Positions 23,871-36,005 of a stretch of DNA of 64,000 bases are shown piece by piece. The stretch is from Hydrolagus colliei (taxonomy: Eukaryota). Numbering within the stretch: the first letter of the stretch is position 1; each line of letters opens with the position of its first letter. The stretch covers positions 930,001-994,000 of the forward strand of contig CM068769.1 in the NCBI GenBank assembly GCA_035084275.1, in the 5' to 3' direction. A model generated the notes under the pieces. It was not told the DNA's origin. It saw nothing but the letters and a program-made list of their open reading frames with translations, and searched no databases. The position numbers and the translations under genes are program-made.

Positions 23871-26493
23871 GGTTAAAGGCATTGTGTGTGCGTACAGTGG
23901 CTGGAATCGTATGTGGTCGACAGAGTAATGGAGGGCTGCAATGTGACACAGTGGAAGAAGTTTTGACAGCCAATGGATCAGTTCATCTGTTTCAAAACTT
24001 CTCAGCTGCTGTTCCAAGATAGAGGCTTTGTAGCATTAATATTTATATAATATCTCGGCCAGTCCATCTCTTTGCCTATGTCTCTGTCTTTGAAATAGAG
24101 GGCAGTTGTGGATAATCTTATTTACTGATTTACCAAACTGCAATTCGGAACCAGCTTCTTTGTCATTTGTCCAATGGCTTTGGACGGTAAATGTTGTCTT
24201 CAAAATAATATTAATAATTGGGTGATCGCTCTTTCCACGATTGAGTGTTGGATTTCGCTGTTCGTAATAGTTTGCAAATGTTGTCCACCAAACACACAAA
24301 CAACAACTTATATTAATGTAGTGCGCTCCACGCCGGACGGCGTCTCAGAACGCTTCAGATTAACGGTACAAGGCAAGGACAGCGGGAGAAAGGTGACCGA
24401 ATGTGACACATTCAGTACTCTTGTAGACTGTCAAGCGGTCGGAGCCCTCTCGATCAAGTAATCATGTGGTATATTCAACGTCAGCATTACTACTATCCAG
24501 TTGTCTATTATAACAGAGTGTAATCCTCTTTCCAACTGGCATTTGTATTAAATATGGAAATGGTTGAGGGGATGTGAGGAGGAGATGATCCGTAGTGGAC
24601 ATAGAAGTTTGAGATTATTTTTGATGCCATGGTGGAGAGTGAGGAGATTGCAGTTTGGGGCTTTGCGTATGAAAGCGGTGATATTATCGATCATTGTGGA
24701 GTCAACGTATTGCTGATAATCACAATAATCATTGCATTTTATACAGTGATTAATCGCGTACTCGAGACGCCTCCAAGCGCTTCACAGAATGTTTGGTAGA
24801 ACGGAATGACCGTGTGTTTTGGGGGTGACAAAATACGCAATTGCGCACTGCAACATCTCACGGTCAGCAGCGTATTTAATTATCACATTGTTATAAAATA
24901 TTTATTGTATTAGTTATTGTATTTTTTGAGCAAATTATTACTTTATTTAGTTTCATTGAAGTATCTACTTATTTTTGTTAACTTCTTACTGACTTATTCA
25001 GAATTGTTGTTATTTTTGTTTATTTACACATCTAATTTTTTATTTCATGTATTTTTACACGTACAAATCGAATTATATTTTTATTTATTAGATAATGACT
25101 CGGATTATCTATTAGTTTGAGGTTTTATTGGCTGATTTGCCACTTTTCCAATGATAATTTCCAGTGGAACATGACTCGCCAATTGACTAACAACCGAGTT
25201 CATATTTACTGGTTCCTAAAGAGAGGCATGTGTCATATATAAACTTTCTTTGGGTATCGTCCAGCTTGGGAATCGAACGCAGGACCTCTCGCTTGTGAAA
25301 TAGGACACCTCGCCATAAAATTAGAGCACTCTACATTATTTGTTATATAACGGCATCTGGTGGTGGTTGAGGAGAATGACAGCGTATGGTTTGAGATGAT
25401 TTACGAAACGTGCAAGTTGGTTTTCAGTTAACCGTGTAAACATTGAGTGCGGCATAAGTCGTACAATATTAATATTAATATTCCGCTCACATAAACACTC
25501 TCCTCCACATCCACACTTTCTGTAATGACTGATTGGCCGGAGATACTCTCCGCCTCCCACGCCCTCCCATCCCGTGTCTCTCTCCAATGAATCTCCCCTC
25601 CTCCCCCTCCCCCACCCCCACCCCCACGTAGCTCTCCTCTCCCCATAGCTCTCGCCTCCCCACACAGCTAACACACTTCCCATAGCGCATCGCAGTCCTC
25701 CACCCTCCACACACACCTAAATCTCGGAATGAGGTTCAAGCAATAACTCTCTTGCACCATTGAATATCCAAATTTGCTCTCCTACCTAAAGGGAGGAAAA
25801 TAAATACAAGTTGTTGTATTTGTTCTTATCATCAAAGGGGCAATATATCACAACATATTTCGCTGTGCATTAACATAACTGTGTATACATTGGGGAGCGT
25901 GACAGACAGATAACACTGTTCAAGTGCGGATGGGTTCTAGATAGTGTTGTGAATGGAACCAACCACTAGAACACTATACTTCTTGCAGCTTCCTTCACTA
26001 GATAAAGTAGTCCAGGGGCGCTGGGCGATTATGGATTTTGGAGCCGAAATACAAGTTGGCTGTTCAGGTGGATTGGAGGGCTGGGGTGGTGCGGATGGAA
26101 TGGTGACTAAATCCACGGTCAAAGGGGAGAATTACAACAAGAAAATTACATTTCTCTGGCGAATTTCACAATGGGCCGATGTCCCAGGTTACTGGACTGT
26201 TAGTGTTTCGCACCAGAGTTTGGGCTTGGAATCGGGAAGGTTGAATGGTAGTGGGAGTTGGAGCTTGGTTAGAAGCACATTCGATATAGAGTGTCTGAAG
26301 ATGGGTCTTGAGGGAAGTGAAAGAGAGAGGGGGCGAGACAAACGGACAGCAATATAGAGCTCCAGGGTGTGGGGGCGGAGAATCAGCCGACCATCATTGA
26401 TTTATTTAGTTTAATGGATCATTTAATCGAATCCCCGCAGGGCCTCAAGGCCAAGATTCCGCACACTTTGCAACAGATGTAGAAAATGAAGGT

Positions 26494-26847
26494 AGTTTCT
26501 GTTGGAGCCGTGCAGTGTAGTCAACCACTCTGGTGAGACTGAAGGCACAGTGATATACTGCACTGTCAGATACCAGCATCTCAGACAAGGATAAACTGGT
26601 GATAGAATTAGTTTACTGTAGCTGAGCAGCGAAACGGTTTCCAAATCCTGTTCGTTTCACTAGATCGCCATCACCAGAATATATCTCCGGACTGTAAAAT
26701 CTGGGTGTTTGTCTGGGTAATGTCGGTACCAGAAGAGATAGTAATAGCTGGCAGTAGTGGTGCAAGGACATACAAGATTGGCAACTTCTTCTTCATTCTT
26801 AACCACCGTGGCAACTTTCTGTATGACAGAATCGGCGTCACAGAGTT
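26494..26847 (-). pseudogene. TCR alpha/delta-type V pseudogene (family 1) with defective 23-RSS
   Basis: ELCDADSVIQK...LVCPCTTTASYYYLFWYRHYP...SDSAVYHCAFSL. 2-nt frameshift and a stop; heptamer CAGAGTG (26526-26532), 23-nt spacer, nonamer ACAGAAACT. No leader found. Confidence 0.88.
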
Positions 26848-27414
26848 CTGGAATAAACACGGAAAAGCACGGCGATATATTATTGACTAAATTAACAATT
26901 CATTTCTCAGCAGTGGAACAATAGTTAGCAATACGTTTTACACAGCGTGGTATAGCATCGTTGAGACGTCATAATGCGCTGTCCCGAATAAACAATCAAG
27001 TGATAAACTGTACATTTCGTTGGCTGAACACGTCAGATAATTGTGCAAAGCAGATCCTCACAAAGAGTTAGGATGAGTTTCTAAACTGCTATTGAAACAT
27101 ACGTAATGTATTATTACCATGGGAAAAGATATCTGCCTATCTGGAAAACGAACATTAAAATCGATAAATAACTTTTATTTTGATTATCACGGCACGGGTT
27201 CAACCCGGTGATAAATCTACTGCATTCCTACAGTCAAGATCCTGGTCATCAGATAAAAAGCCCTCCACAACCTCGCCCCACCCTACATATGTGAATCCTG
27301 ACCGCTGACACACTCCGCTCAGCAGGCTCTGACTTTCTCCAAGTACACCTACACATACGCATTACCATTGACGGGCGAGCCTTCATCCACTATGCCCCCA
27401 ACATCTGGTACTTC

Positions 27415-27758
27415 GGAGTTCCTGTGGCTCAGTGGTTAGAGCACTTGTCTTGCCGGCTGGGGAGACCAATCTGGGGAGACCTGTGTTCGAATCCAGGCAG
27501 GTCAGGGCGAAACCTTGGGCAAGTTTCGTTACTCCACACGCCTATTAATAATCCCTCCAAAAAAACCACAATAATAAAATTGGTCATTTCAATCCACGAC
27601 TGTATGTGGCACAGTGCTGTGCGCAATTGACTGCTGCGATTCGCCCACAAATATACAGTCAATTCACTTTAAAGTATATTCTGTGAAGCGCTTTGGGACG
27701 TCGATAATATGTCGAAAGCGCTATATCAAATGCAAAGATTATTATTAGTATTATTATT
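27415..27758 (+). mobile_element. tRNA-derived SINE, full length, inserted in an L2 fragment
   Basis: GGAGTTCCTGTGGCTCAGTGGTTAGAGCAC...GTTCGAATCCAGGCAGG head and TTATTA tail, with L2 sequence on both sides. Confidence 0.88.
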
Positions 27759-28307
27759 AACTTCATCCTGCAGTCCACCACCTCGTCCAATCCCTGGCCT
27801 CCTTGAAGTCCAGCCTCAAGACTCTCCTCTTAGACAGCAACGGATAAGACTCCCCTTCCAGCCCACCCCCATTCCGCAGCATGGGTTTGAAGCTGTAACT
27901 TTCCAGCGCCTTGGAACGCCGTTTCATATGGCTGTTTCATTTTTGAAGACGGTTGAGCTGGAGGTGAATATTTGTAGTGGTTTGCACATTACTCCAACAC
28001 ACTACAGTATTTCATGCCAGTTGTACTATCTAAAGATATAATAAATGGAAAGAAACATAGAACTTGCAAACTGACTCAAATGAACAGCCTCTGGACGTGT
28101 AACGCCCAATTCTTTCAGTAATTGCTGTCGGCATTTATTGTAACTTATAATGCTGTGAGTGTTTAGATGACAACCTGATGGGTGGGGAATGTGGTTTCCT
28201 CTGAGTCTGGCTGCTGAACTGTCTGCTCCCCGCAGGGCCTCAAGGCCTGACCAAGATTCCGCACACAATTCAAAAAGACGGATCGTCCCCATGTATATAA
28301 TGAAGGC

Positions 28308-28346
28308 AGTTTTTGTACGAGCCCTGCAGTGTAGTCAACCACAGTG
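28308..28346 (-). other. 23-bp-spacer RSS of the ERV-split V
   Basis: CACTGTG, 23 nt, ACAAAAACT directly after YYCAFSL. Confidence 0.9.
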
Positions 28347-28482
28347 GAGAGACTAAAGGCACAGTAATACACTGCGCTGTCAGATACCAGCAGCTCAGCG
28401 ATGGATAAACTGGTAGAAAAACTGAATGTCTGTAGTTGAGCAGAGAAACGGTTTCCAAATCCTGTGCCTTTGACTTGATTGC

Positions 28483-29230
28483 TGTGAAACTAAAAAATCG
28501 TCTCAGTACCTTGGTTGGGGTTTCTGTTCACAAATATGTGACTCGGGTGTGTGATTCAAACAAGTTTATTTAGCATTCATGAAGCGGTGCACTATGTTGC
28601 TACAGACTCTCGTCCGTCTACTACTAGTGCACACCAACTACTAGTATACACACATCTTTATACAGTTTCAATTCTTTGTCTACCATATATGGGCATGGTT
28701 ATACATTAATTACCTTATTTGGTCAGCAATATATGGCCTTGCAGTTGTCTTACAGAAACATCATGGCCTAGGAGTTAATGAGATATAGGCCAACTTCATC
28801 TTACAACAAGATAAGCATACAGACATCATGGCCTGGGAGTGAATGAGTTATAGGCCATAGGCCGGCTACATCTTACAACAAGATAAGCATATAGACATCA
28901 TGGCCTGGGAGTGAATGAGTTATAGGTTATAGGCCGGCTACAGCTTACAAGTATAAGATAGCCTAAAAGCAAGATGATAACGAAGCCTAGAGCTTTACAA
29001 TTATATCATAGCCTTGGTATGCCTGCCAGACACCCTTATGGCCCCTGTTATTCGCATCTTTTTGTAACAGGCTCACAGGTGTCGGCTAGAGGTAAAATCA
29101 AAGCGTAGTACAGGTTTGCAAGTAACTATTATGCGTAACGTACGTACAGGTTTGCAAGTAACTATTATGCGTTGCGTAGCTGACGAGCAAATAACCACTA
29201 TTCGTACATGGCAGACGAGCTGACTTCTCA
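28483..29230 (-). repeat. ERV-B 3' LTR
   Basis: No difference from 34812-35559 found by eye; TATAAA and AATAAA on the minus strand; U3 tandem repeats. Confidence 0.95.
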
Positions 29231-29262
29231 TTCCTACCTTTTTGTCATTCCATGACAACCTG

Positions 29263-30645
29263 CTACTCGAATGCTGAGAAATCATCGTCAGGAGCCATGT
29301 ACAACATTGCTGCCGGGGCATCCCAGCCTGTCATCATAGATAGTATAAGTTTTTTAAATAAGGGTAAACAACAACATAATACATCTGCCAGGATTATAAC
29401 AATTATGTTAATAAATGTCAAAATTTTAGTCATCCAACCGCTAATCGACCAATCGGTCAACCAACCCCATATACCAGGGCTTACGTCAGTCTGATGCAAT
29501 TCTCTGACTTGTTGTCGGATGTATTGTACAATATTAGTAATATTCTCAGAAGCATCCGGAATATAGGTGCAACATTCAGAGCCAATCAAGGCACAAGTGC
29601 CTCCCTTTTCAGCAAGCAATATATCCAGAGCCATCCGGTTTTGGAGGGTTACAGTGCGAATAGCCACCATTTCAGCGGATATGTCTTGTAAGGCATCCGC
29701 GGTTGCATTCGCAACAGCCTCCAAAACCGTTTGTAAAGCCCCCAATGCTTGATTAGTACGGAGCAGACCGTATGGGGGCACAAATACCCCAAAAATCTGT
29801 TCGTACCTTGCTACTGCTCTACGTGTGATATGGTTTTTTGTATGCGGGTGTTCCGAAAGTTTTGTAATATGCAGGTGTGGGACAACATGTCCAAGGTAAC
29901 AGGAACCACTCCAGCTGGTTGGCAGCCATGGGTATGCCCAAGTCCCGCACACCCAGTATATCCCATTAAATGAGGGTACTGGGTGGTCTGGGGGAGTAAT
30001 GTGGATGATTGCCTCGTATTGGCTGCCCGTCACCTTACAAGAAGTATCATTGAGTGAGATGGTCGCCGAATCCTGCCGACTGGTGGCATTTCCTAATTAC
30101 AGAGAATATGAACAATAACTCTCTCCCACTTTTGTCCCTGGGCCTGTTCGTATTATACAAACACTTCCATCTGTTTTCTCTACCTTGATATGTGGTGGTT
30201 TTTGTGTGCAGTTATAATCTTGACGGTACATAGTATTATTGAGGGGAGAACAGGAAACTGTCTCATTAGTTAGCAAACCAGTCATATTAATACCCGATTG
30301 TTGCAGAGCCCGTATTGTCTGCATTTTGCTGAAAGGGACTATCAACATGGGAAAACCCCCTCCCGCACTGTGTGGGAGAGCCGCACACACCCAACAGCTT
30401 GATACTCCCAGCGTCACCGTTGTTTTGTACGCAGTGAGGAGAAAAGTATTTGCTACTATGGAGCATTCTACTTCTGTGTCCAGCATCATCCCCAATATCA
30501 TCAGAATCCCTGTCCATTTTGCAAGGCTGAAATGTGGATATCGTAGGCCCTGCCCAAGCAGTCTCTGTTTTTCTGATCGTGTCGGCCCACTTCGTCTCCC
30601 GAAGGCATCGAACGTCTTCCACCAGAGTGACAGGTAGTTCTTCAT
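29263..30645 (-). pseudogene. env: ERV-B env (460 codons, single nonsense codon)
   Basis: One continuous frame from MKNYLSLWW with CWVC, ITRR/AV, LQNRMALDILLAEKGGT, CX6CC and a TM anchor; the only lesion seen is CAA>TAA at 30097-30099. Confidence 0.93.
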
Positions 30646-30762
30646 CGCCAACGTCCACAACTTCTTCGAGCTTCTTTCCACGACGTCTTCGAGCCTGTAG
30701 GAACAAAATTGTACCCTAGGACGGGACAATGGTGAAGGCAGTAGCATCATGTTGTTTACACT

Positions 30763-32320
30763 TCATGATTGTTTACACTCAAGTCGTTTACAATCATGTA
30801 TGTGAACCCAATGATCTCTCCCCTCTAATTTAACCACAGTTGGAGTTGAGAGGAGAACTTGGAAAGGACCTATCCACCGGGGGTCCAGGCATTTCCTGAC
30901 CCAATTGCGAATCATAACATAATCACCGGGGTGTAAAGGAGGATCAGGTAAACTAATATTGTTAGAGGGACTGGAAACTGTTGTTTGATTAATACGGAGA
31001 CTGGTAGAAAGAGTTTTGATATACTCCACCATGTCAGCAGACATATGAGTAAGCGAAGAGGAAGCCGAAGCCGACCAAGGGCCTATTAAAGAGCGCCCAT
31101 AAATAATTTCTGCTGGAGATAACCGGGCAGTTCCAGTGGGGGCCGAGCGAATCTGAAACAATACAAGAGGCAAAAGCGGACCCATGAAGAGCCATGCCCC
31201 CTTGTAAGTTTAGCCAGTTTTGTCTTAATCGTCTGATTGACTCGTTCCACTATGCCCGCCACTTTGGGATGATAAACACAATGAAACGACTGTTTAATGT
31301 CTAAATGGGAACAGAGAGAACGGTTAACAGAGGCAATAAAGTGAGGGCCGTTGTCGGAAACTAAACGACCAGGCACCCCAAAACGAGGAATTATTACCCG
31401 TAACAACAATCGCACAACCGTCTCAGCAGTATTGTTTGCCGTTGGAAATGCTTCAACCCAACGGGAAAATACATCAATGATAACCAATACATAGTTGAAA
31501 TTCTGACATTTAGGTAACTAAATAAAATCCACTTAAAGCACCTCAAATGGAAGTTGAGGTACAGGGGTAGCACCGGTGACCACTGGGAACCCTTTCCCAG
31601 GATTGTGCTCAGAGCACAACAGGCACCGGAGGACAGCTTTCTCAGACAGCTGCATCATGCATGGGTGTCACCAGGTCTGTAGTAGCCACTCAGAGAGCTG
31701 TTTACCCCCCGAATGAGTCTGTTGGTGACCGCAGGCGACTACCCATCCTGCCAGCTCATCAGTCATGCAGGTCTGACCGACAGGGGTCATCCAGACCCCT
31801 TCCTCGGATAGGGCACAGCCTTCTTCAACCCATGACTGACGAGTTGCCACCGGACCGTCCTCCTGGAGTAACACAATATCATAAACAGAGGGTATGTTAG
31901 TACGTTGTTTGGGAATAATGGGAACCACAGTTTTAACTGGATAGGTACCAAGTGGGGCCTCAGCCACTAGTTTGGCACATCTATCCGCATGTCCATTTCC
32001 AAGTGAGACCGGATCCTGGGCCAACGTGTGGGCAGAACATTTCACAACTGCTAACTGAGCAGGTTGCAGAGCAGATTGTAGGAGGTTGACAACTTCAGTA
32101 CCGTTAGAAATGGGATGACCTGATGAAGTTAAAAATCCACGGTTTTCCCACAACCTCCCAAAATCATGAACCACGCCAAAGGCGTAGCGAAAGTCAGTAT
32201 ATATGGTAACCGGTTTTCCCACAGCGTGTTTACAAGCCTCCTCAAGGGCAATTAGTTCACAGGCTTGGGCAGATTTAGGAGGAACCAGTTTCTTCATACA
32301 GACTGGGTTCCATCCTGTAA
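30763..32320 (-). pseudogene. pol: ERV-B pol 3' remnant (RNase H C-terminal part and integrase)
   Basis: Colinear with ERV-A 8270-9865; several stops and frameshifts. Confidence 0.92.
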
Positions 32321-34043
32321 GGAGCTGGAGTGAAAAGTATAAGTTATCCCAGAAGAAGTGGCTGCATGAAATGCCATTCTTGTCAGTATCTGTAAGAACT
32401 AAATTACAAGGTGAAATCTCACGTTTCTTTAAACATTTTCAGTTGTTAACATGACATCATCATTACCTACAGAAACACTTTCAGTTGATGTGGAAACCAA
32501 AGGGTTACGTAAAGTCATTTTGTCCACATAAACCAGAGTGCCTGCAGTCAGTGAATTTAAACTGCCCACAGTCAATGGCTGCAGTAAATTCTAACTGCCG
32601 CAAGTTAACTGCCACAAGCTAATTTATCCATATTTAATTTCTACAAACATTTTAAGTAAATGCTGGAATATACAAAATATATGATACATAAAATATATCA
32701 GGCTTCATTTTTAAAAAAAGATCTTATATCTTCAAAGTTTACTCTATCGCTTCGTTCTTGCGTCAAATATTCCAAATTATTGGTTGTATTTTTACTTTGC
32801 TATTACTCAGTACATATGGAACGTGGGTAGTGTCTGGCTTATACTCTGCGTCCAGAGAAAAGTCAGACCTATCACGGTCCGGTACTTTTTAAATAATCCA
32901 AACCTATGGAACATGGATGAAATCTGGCCATACTCTGCGTCCAGAGCAAAGTCAGACCCACCATTGTCCACTTTAAATGCATCCATTACATAAACCATAC
33001 TTCAATTTGCTTTCTTTTTTTTAATTACTGCTCATTCAAGCTAAACCATATACAGGTACAAACATTTTGTTACACACATCTTTTACACAAAAAAAAGGTA
33101 ACAGATTGAGCTCAAGTCTTCTTAAGGACCGTACAGTCACAACTTCCTTCGGGGAAAAACTTTCAATTAGGAGTATTGTGACTGTTCGGATTGCTCTTTT
33201 TAAAGAATAGTTAGGGAGGCACAAGTCTATCAATAATATGCAGAGTGGCCTCAAACACATGTTGTGACTTTTGGCCTTCCCCAAATACTCATTCAAAGGG
33301 TCGCAACATACCCCATAGAGACCGTAAATTTAGGTAGCAATTGCTTAAAATTTGTTTTTTTTTCACCTGACATTTTGTCATCACACTTTCTTTTTAATCA
33401 GAACAAGTGGTGTTATTGGAACATCAAATCCAAATTATTTTCATTTCAATTTTATGTGTTTTTACGTATTAAAAAAACGTATTCTCAGTCAGGTTAATTA
33501 AAAAAATTATGCCTGACTTGTTTGAATTTTCAAACGTAAGTTTCTACATTTAATTTTGTAATCAATTTTGTTTTAATCAATATTCATTTGGTTTTCGACT
33601 GTCTGGTCTTTGACTTTCATTTATCTGTTGTAGCATAACATAGTTAAACATATAAAACACAGTAAATATATATTGTTTTACCAATACATACTCTCCTCAC
33701 ACACTAACATCAACACTTATTAATTCTAGCCGTTACCGTCTTTCTCTTAACTACCGAATACTCTCCTGTGTTTAGTGCCACTGAATATCCTGTCGACTAC
33801 GCCATTGTTAGAGATTCGACCATGAGTGAAATGCACTAGAGTCGTATCTCATCAAAACAGGTTGTTTATTCAGGCTAACCCGTCAGGGCTTGATACCAAA
33901 CACGGGGATCCCTTAATGGTGTATACTGTCCAGCAAGAGATTGATTCTTTATCCTCTGCAACCTAATACTCTCCTCTGTTTAGTGGTGTATACTGTCCAC
34001 CCCAATACTCTCCTCTGTTTGGTGGTGTATACTGTCCACCCCA
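32321..34043. other. Unidentified AT-rich insert replacing gag-pro-RT in ERV-B
   Basis: No recognisable similarity to ERV-A between gag codon ~21 and RNase H (LQDG). Internal repeats: 39 bp x2 (33965-34042) and an ~89-bp-period pair (32812-32958). Confidence 0.8.
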
Positions 34044-34108
34044 TTGTTTTTTAACTGACCCGAAGCTAATCGCAACTCTTTCTGATTTTCTGGCAACACT
34101 TTACACAT
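34044..34108 (-). pseudogene. gag: ERV-B gag stub
   Basis: MCKVLPENQKELRLASGQLKNN versus ERV-A MCKILPENRKELRLVSGQLNNQ; homology then stops abruptly. Confidence 0.85.
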
Positions 34109-34376
34109 AGACGTTAGGGGACACGGCCCCTCAGTTTTATCCACAATATTACCCATACTTTTGAAATTCTTATACTTTAATAATAAAAAAATTACAACCT
34201 TATACTTTAAACTAAAAATTCTTATACTTTAAATCTTATTCCTTACAACCTTAAACTTTAACTTACAACCTTATACTTTAAACTAAAAATTCTTATACTT
34301 TAAATCTTATTCCTTACAACCTTAAACTTTAAACTAAATTAACCTTAAATTCTAAACTAAACCTCGTGCACTTTTG

Positions 34377-34570
34377 AACCTGCTGCACCCAGCTTGTACG
34401 CCTTTTTTATCCCGTTAACGGTCCTTACCCAGTAAGATTTGAACCTGCTGCACCTAGCTTGTACGCCTTTTTTATTCCGTCGACGGTCCTTACCCAGTAA
34501 GATTTGAACCTGCTGCACTCAGCTTGTACGCCTTTTTTATCCCGTTAACGGTCCTTACCTCAGTAAGTTT
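34377..34570 (-). repeat. ERV-B leader tandem repeat (3 x 65 bp)
   Basis: aacctgctgcac at 34377, 34442 and 34507. Confidence 0.88.
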
Positions 34571-34791
34571 TTAACTGAATACACACCCACCAACCTTTTC
34601 TTATCCCGATCTCATTAACGACTATCAGTTACGCATACGGTTGGTGCATCCCCGGAAGCCTATTACGTAGGTGAAAAACACTGAGAGTATTCAAAAATAG
34701 ATGATATACTCACTGGGCTGCGCAATTTCACTTAGGCAAAACAAACCCAGGGATTGTCCCGCCGTCTACGCACTGTCTTATTCGTCACGAG

Positions 34792-34809
34792 ATCCCATCC
34801 TCGTCGCCA
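34792..34809 (-). other. ERV-B primer-binding site, tRNA-Ser(GCT)
   Basis: TGGCGACGAGGATGGGAT, identical to the ERV-A PBS. Confidence 0.92.
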
Positions 34810-34811
34810 AA

Positions 34812-35559
34812 TGTGAAACTAAAAAATCGTCTCAGTACCTTGGTTGGGGTTTCTGTTCACAAATATGTGACTCGGGTGTGTGATTCAAACAAGTTTATTT
34901 AGCATTCATGAAGCGGTGCACTATGTTGCTACAGACTCTCGTCCGTCTACTACTAGTGCACACCAACTACTAGTATACACACATCTTTATACAGTTTCAA
35001 TTCTTTGTCTACCATATATGGGCATGGTTATACATTAATTACCTTATTTGGTCAGCAATATATGGCCTTGCAGTTGTCTTACAGAAACATCATGGCCTAG
35101 GAGTTAATGAGATATAGGCCAACTTCATCTTACAACAAGATAAGCATACAGACATCATGGCCTGGGAGTGAATGAGTTATAGGCCATAGGCCGGCTACAT
35201 CTTACAACAAGATAAGCATATAGACATCATGGCCTGGGAGTGAATGAGTTATAGGTTATAGGCCGGCTACAGCTTACAAGTATAAGATAGCCTAAAAGCA
35301 AGATGATAACGAAGCCTAGAGCTTTACAATTATATCATAGCCTTGGTATGCCTGCCAGACACCCTTATGGCCCCTGTTATTCGCATCTTTTTGTAACAGG
35401 CTCACAGGTGTCGGCTAGAGGTAAAATCAAAGCGTAGTACAGGTTTGCAAGTAACTATTATGCGTAACGTACGTACAGGTTTGCAAGTAACTATTATGCG
35501 TTGCGTAGCTGACGAGCAAATAACCACTATTCGTACATGGCAGACGAGCTGACTTCTCA
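34812..35559 (-). repeat. ERV-B 5' LTR
   Basis: 748 bp, identical by eye to the 3' LTR. Confidence 0.95.
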
Positions 35560-35769
35560 TTGCCACCCCCAGAATATCTACGGACTATAAACTCTGGGTG
35601 TTTGTCTGGGTAATTTCTGTACCAGTAGAGATAGTAATTGCTAGCAGTAGTGGAGTATGTGCAAACCAGATCGTCAGTATCTCCTTCTTTCTTAACATCG
35701 TTGGCAGCTTTCTGACTCACAGAATCGGCGACACAGAGTTCTGCAATAAACGAGGGAAAGCACGGCTAA

Positions 35770-36005
35770 ACATTCATAGAATCATAGAATCTTAAGGCAC
35801 AAAAGGAGGCCATTCGGCCCGTCGAGATTGTGCAGGTCCTTAGAAAAGAGCAGCTCAATCCCACTCCCCAGCTCTCTCTCTCTCTTCATAATCGTGCCTC
35901 CCCAAATAAACCCATCCTCCCCAAACAAACGTCTACCTCTCTTTCGAAAGTCCTTTTCGAATCGGCCTCCACCAGCGTTTCCAACAATGCATTCCAGATA
36001 CCAAC
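35770..36005 (-). mobile_element. CR1 3' fragment in the leader-V intron
   Basis: catagaatcatagaatctta...gaggccattcggccc; the same insertion is present at about 54880 in the paralogous intron. Confidence 0.75.

Larger units (their letters stand above)
28483..35559 (-). mobile_element. Non-autonomous endogenous retrovirus (ERV-B), same family as ERV-A
   Basis: 748-bp LTRs, TSD TTGC (28479-28482 and 35560-35563), the same tRNA-Ser(GCT) PBS, PPT 29231-29245, env and 3' pol homologous to ERV-A. Confidence 0.97.

Noticed and set aside
25255-25330. tRNA-like GTTCGATTCCC segment on the minus strand
   Set aside because: Isotype unassignable; may be a SINE head remnant.
26368-26374. TGTGGGG at about 120 bp from the 26494 nonamer
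   Set aside because: Lies in CR1-like sequence and is not a RUNX match; excluded from the RUNX count.
1-26400. D or J segments (12-RSS, FGxG) downstream of the V array
   Set aside because: None found by eye on either strand.
26850-27200. Leaderless V at 26533-26847 as a NAR-TCR supporting V-delta
   Set aside because: No upstream NAR V/D/J or J donor found; the V is frameshifted with a dead heptamer. A possible decayed leader near 27097-27145 (GTATGT donor) is too weak to call. Simple loss is more likely.
33340-33720. A-rich sense strand of the ERV-B insert as APOBEC/AID G-to-A hypermutated gag
   Set aside because: Could not be aligned to ERV-A gag even allowing G>A changes; unsupported without an alignment.
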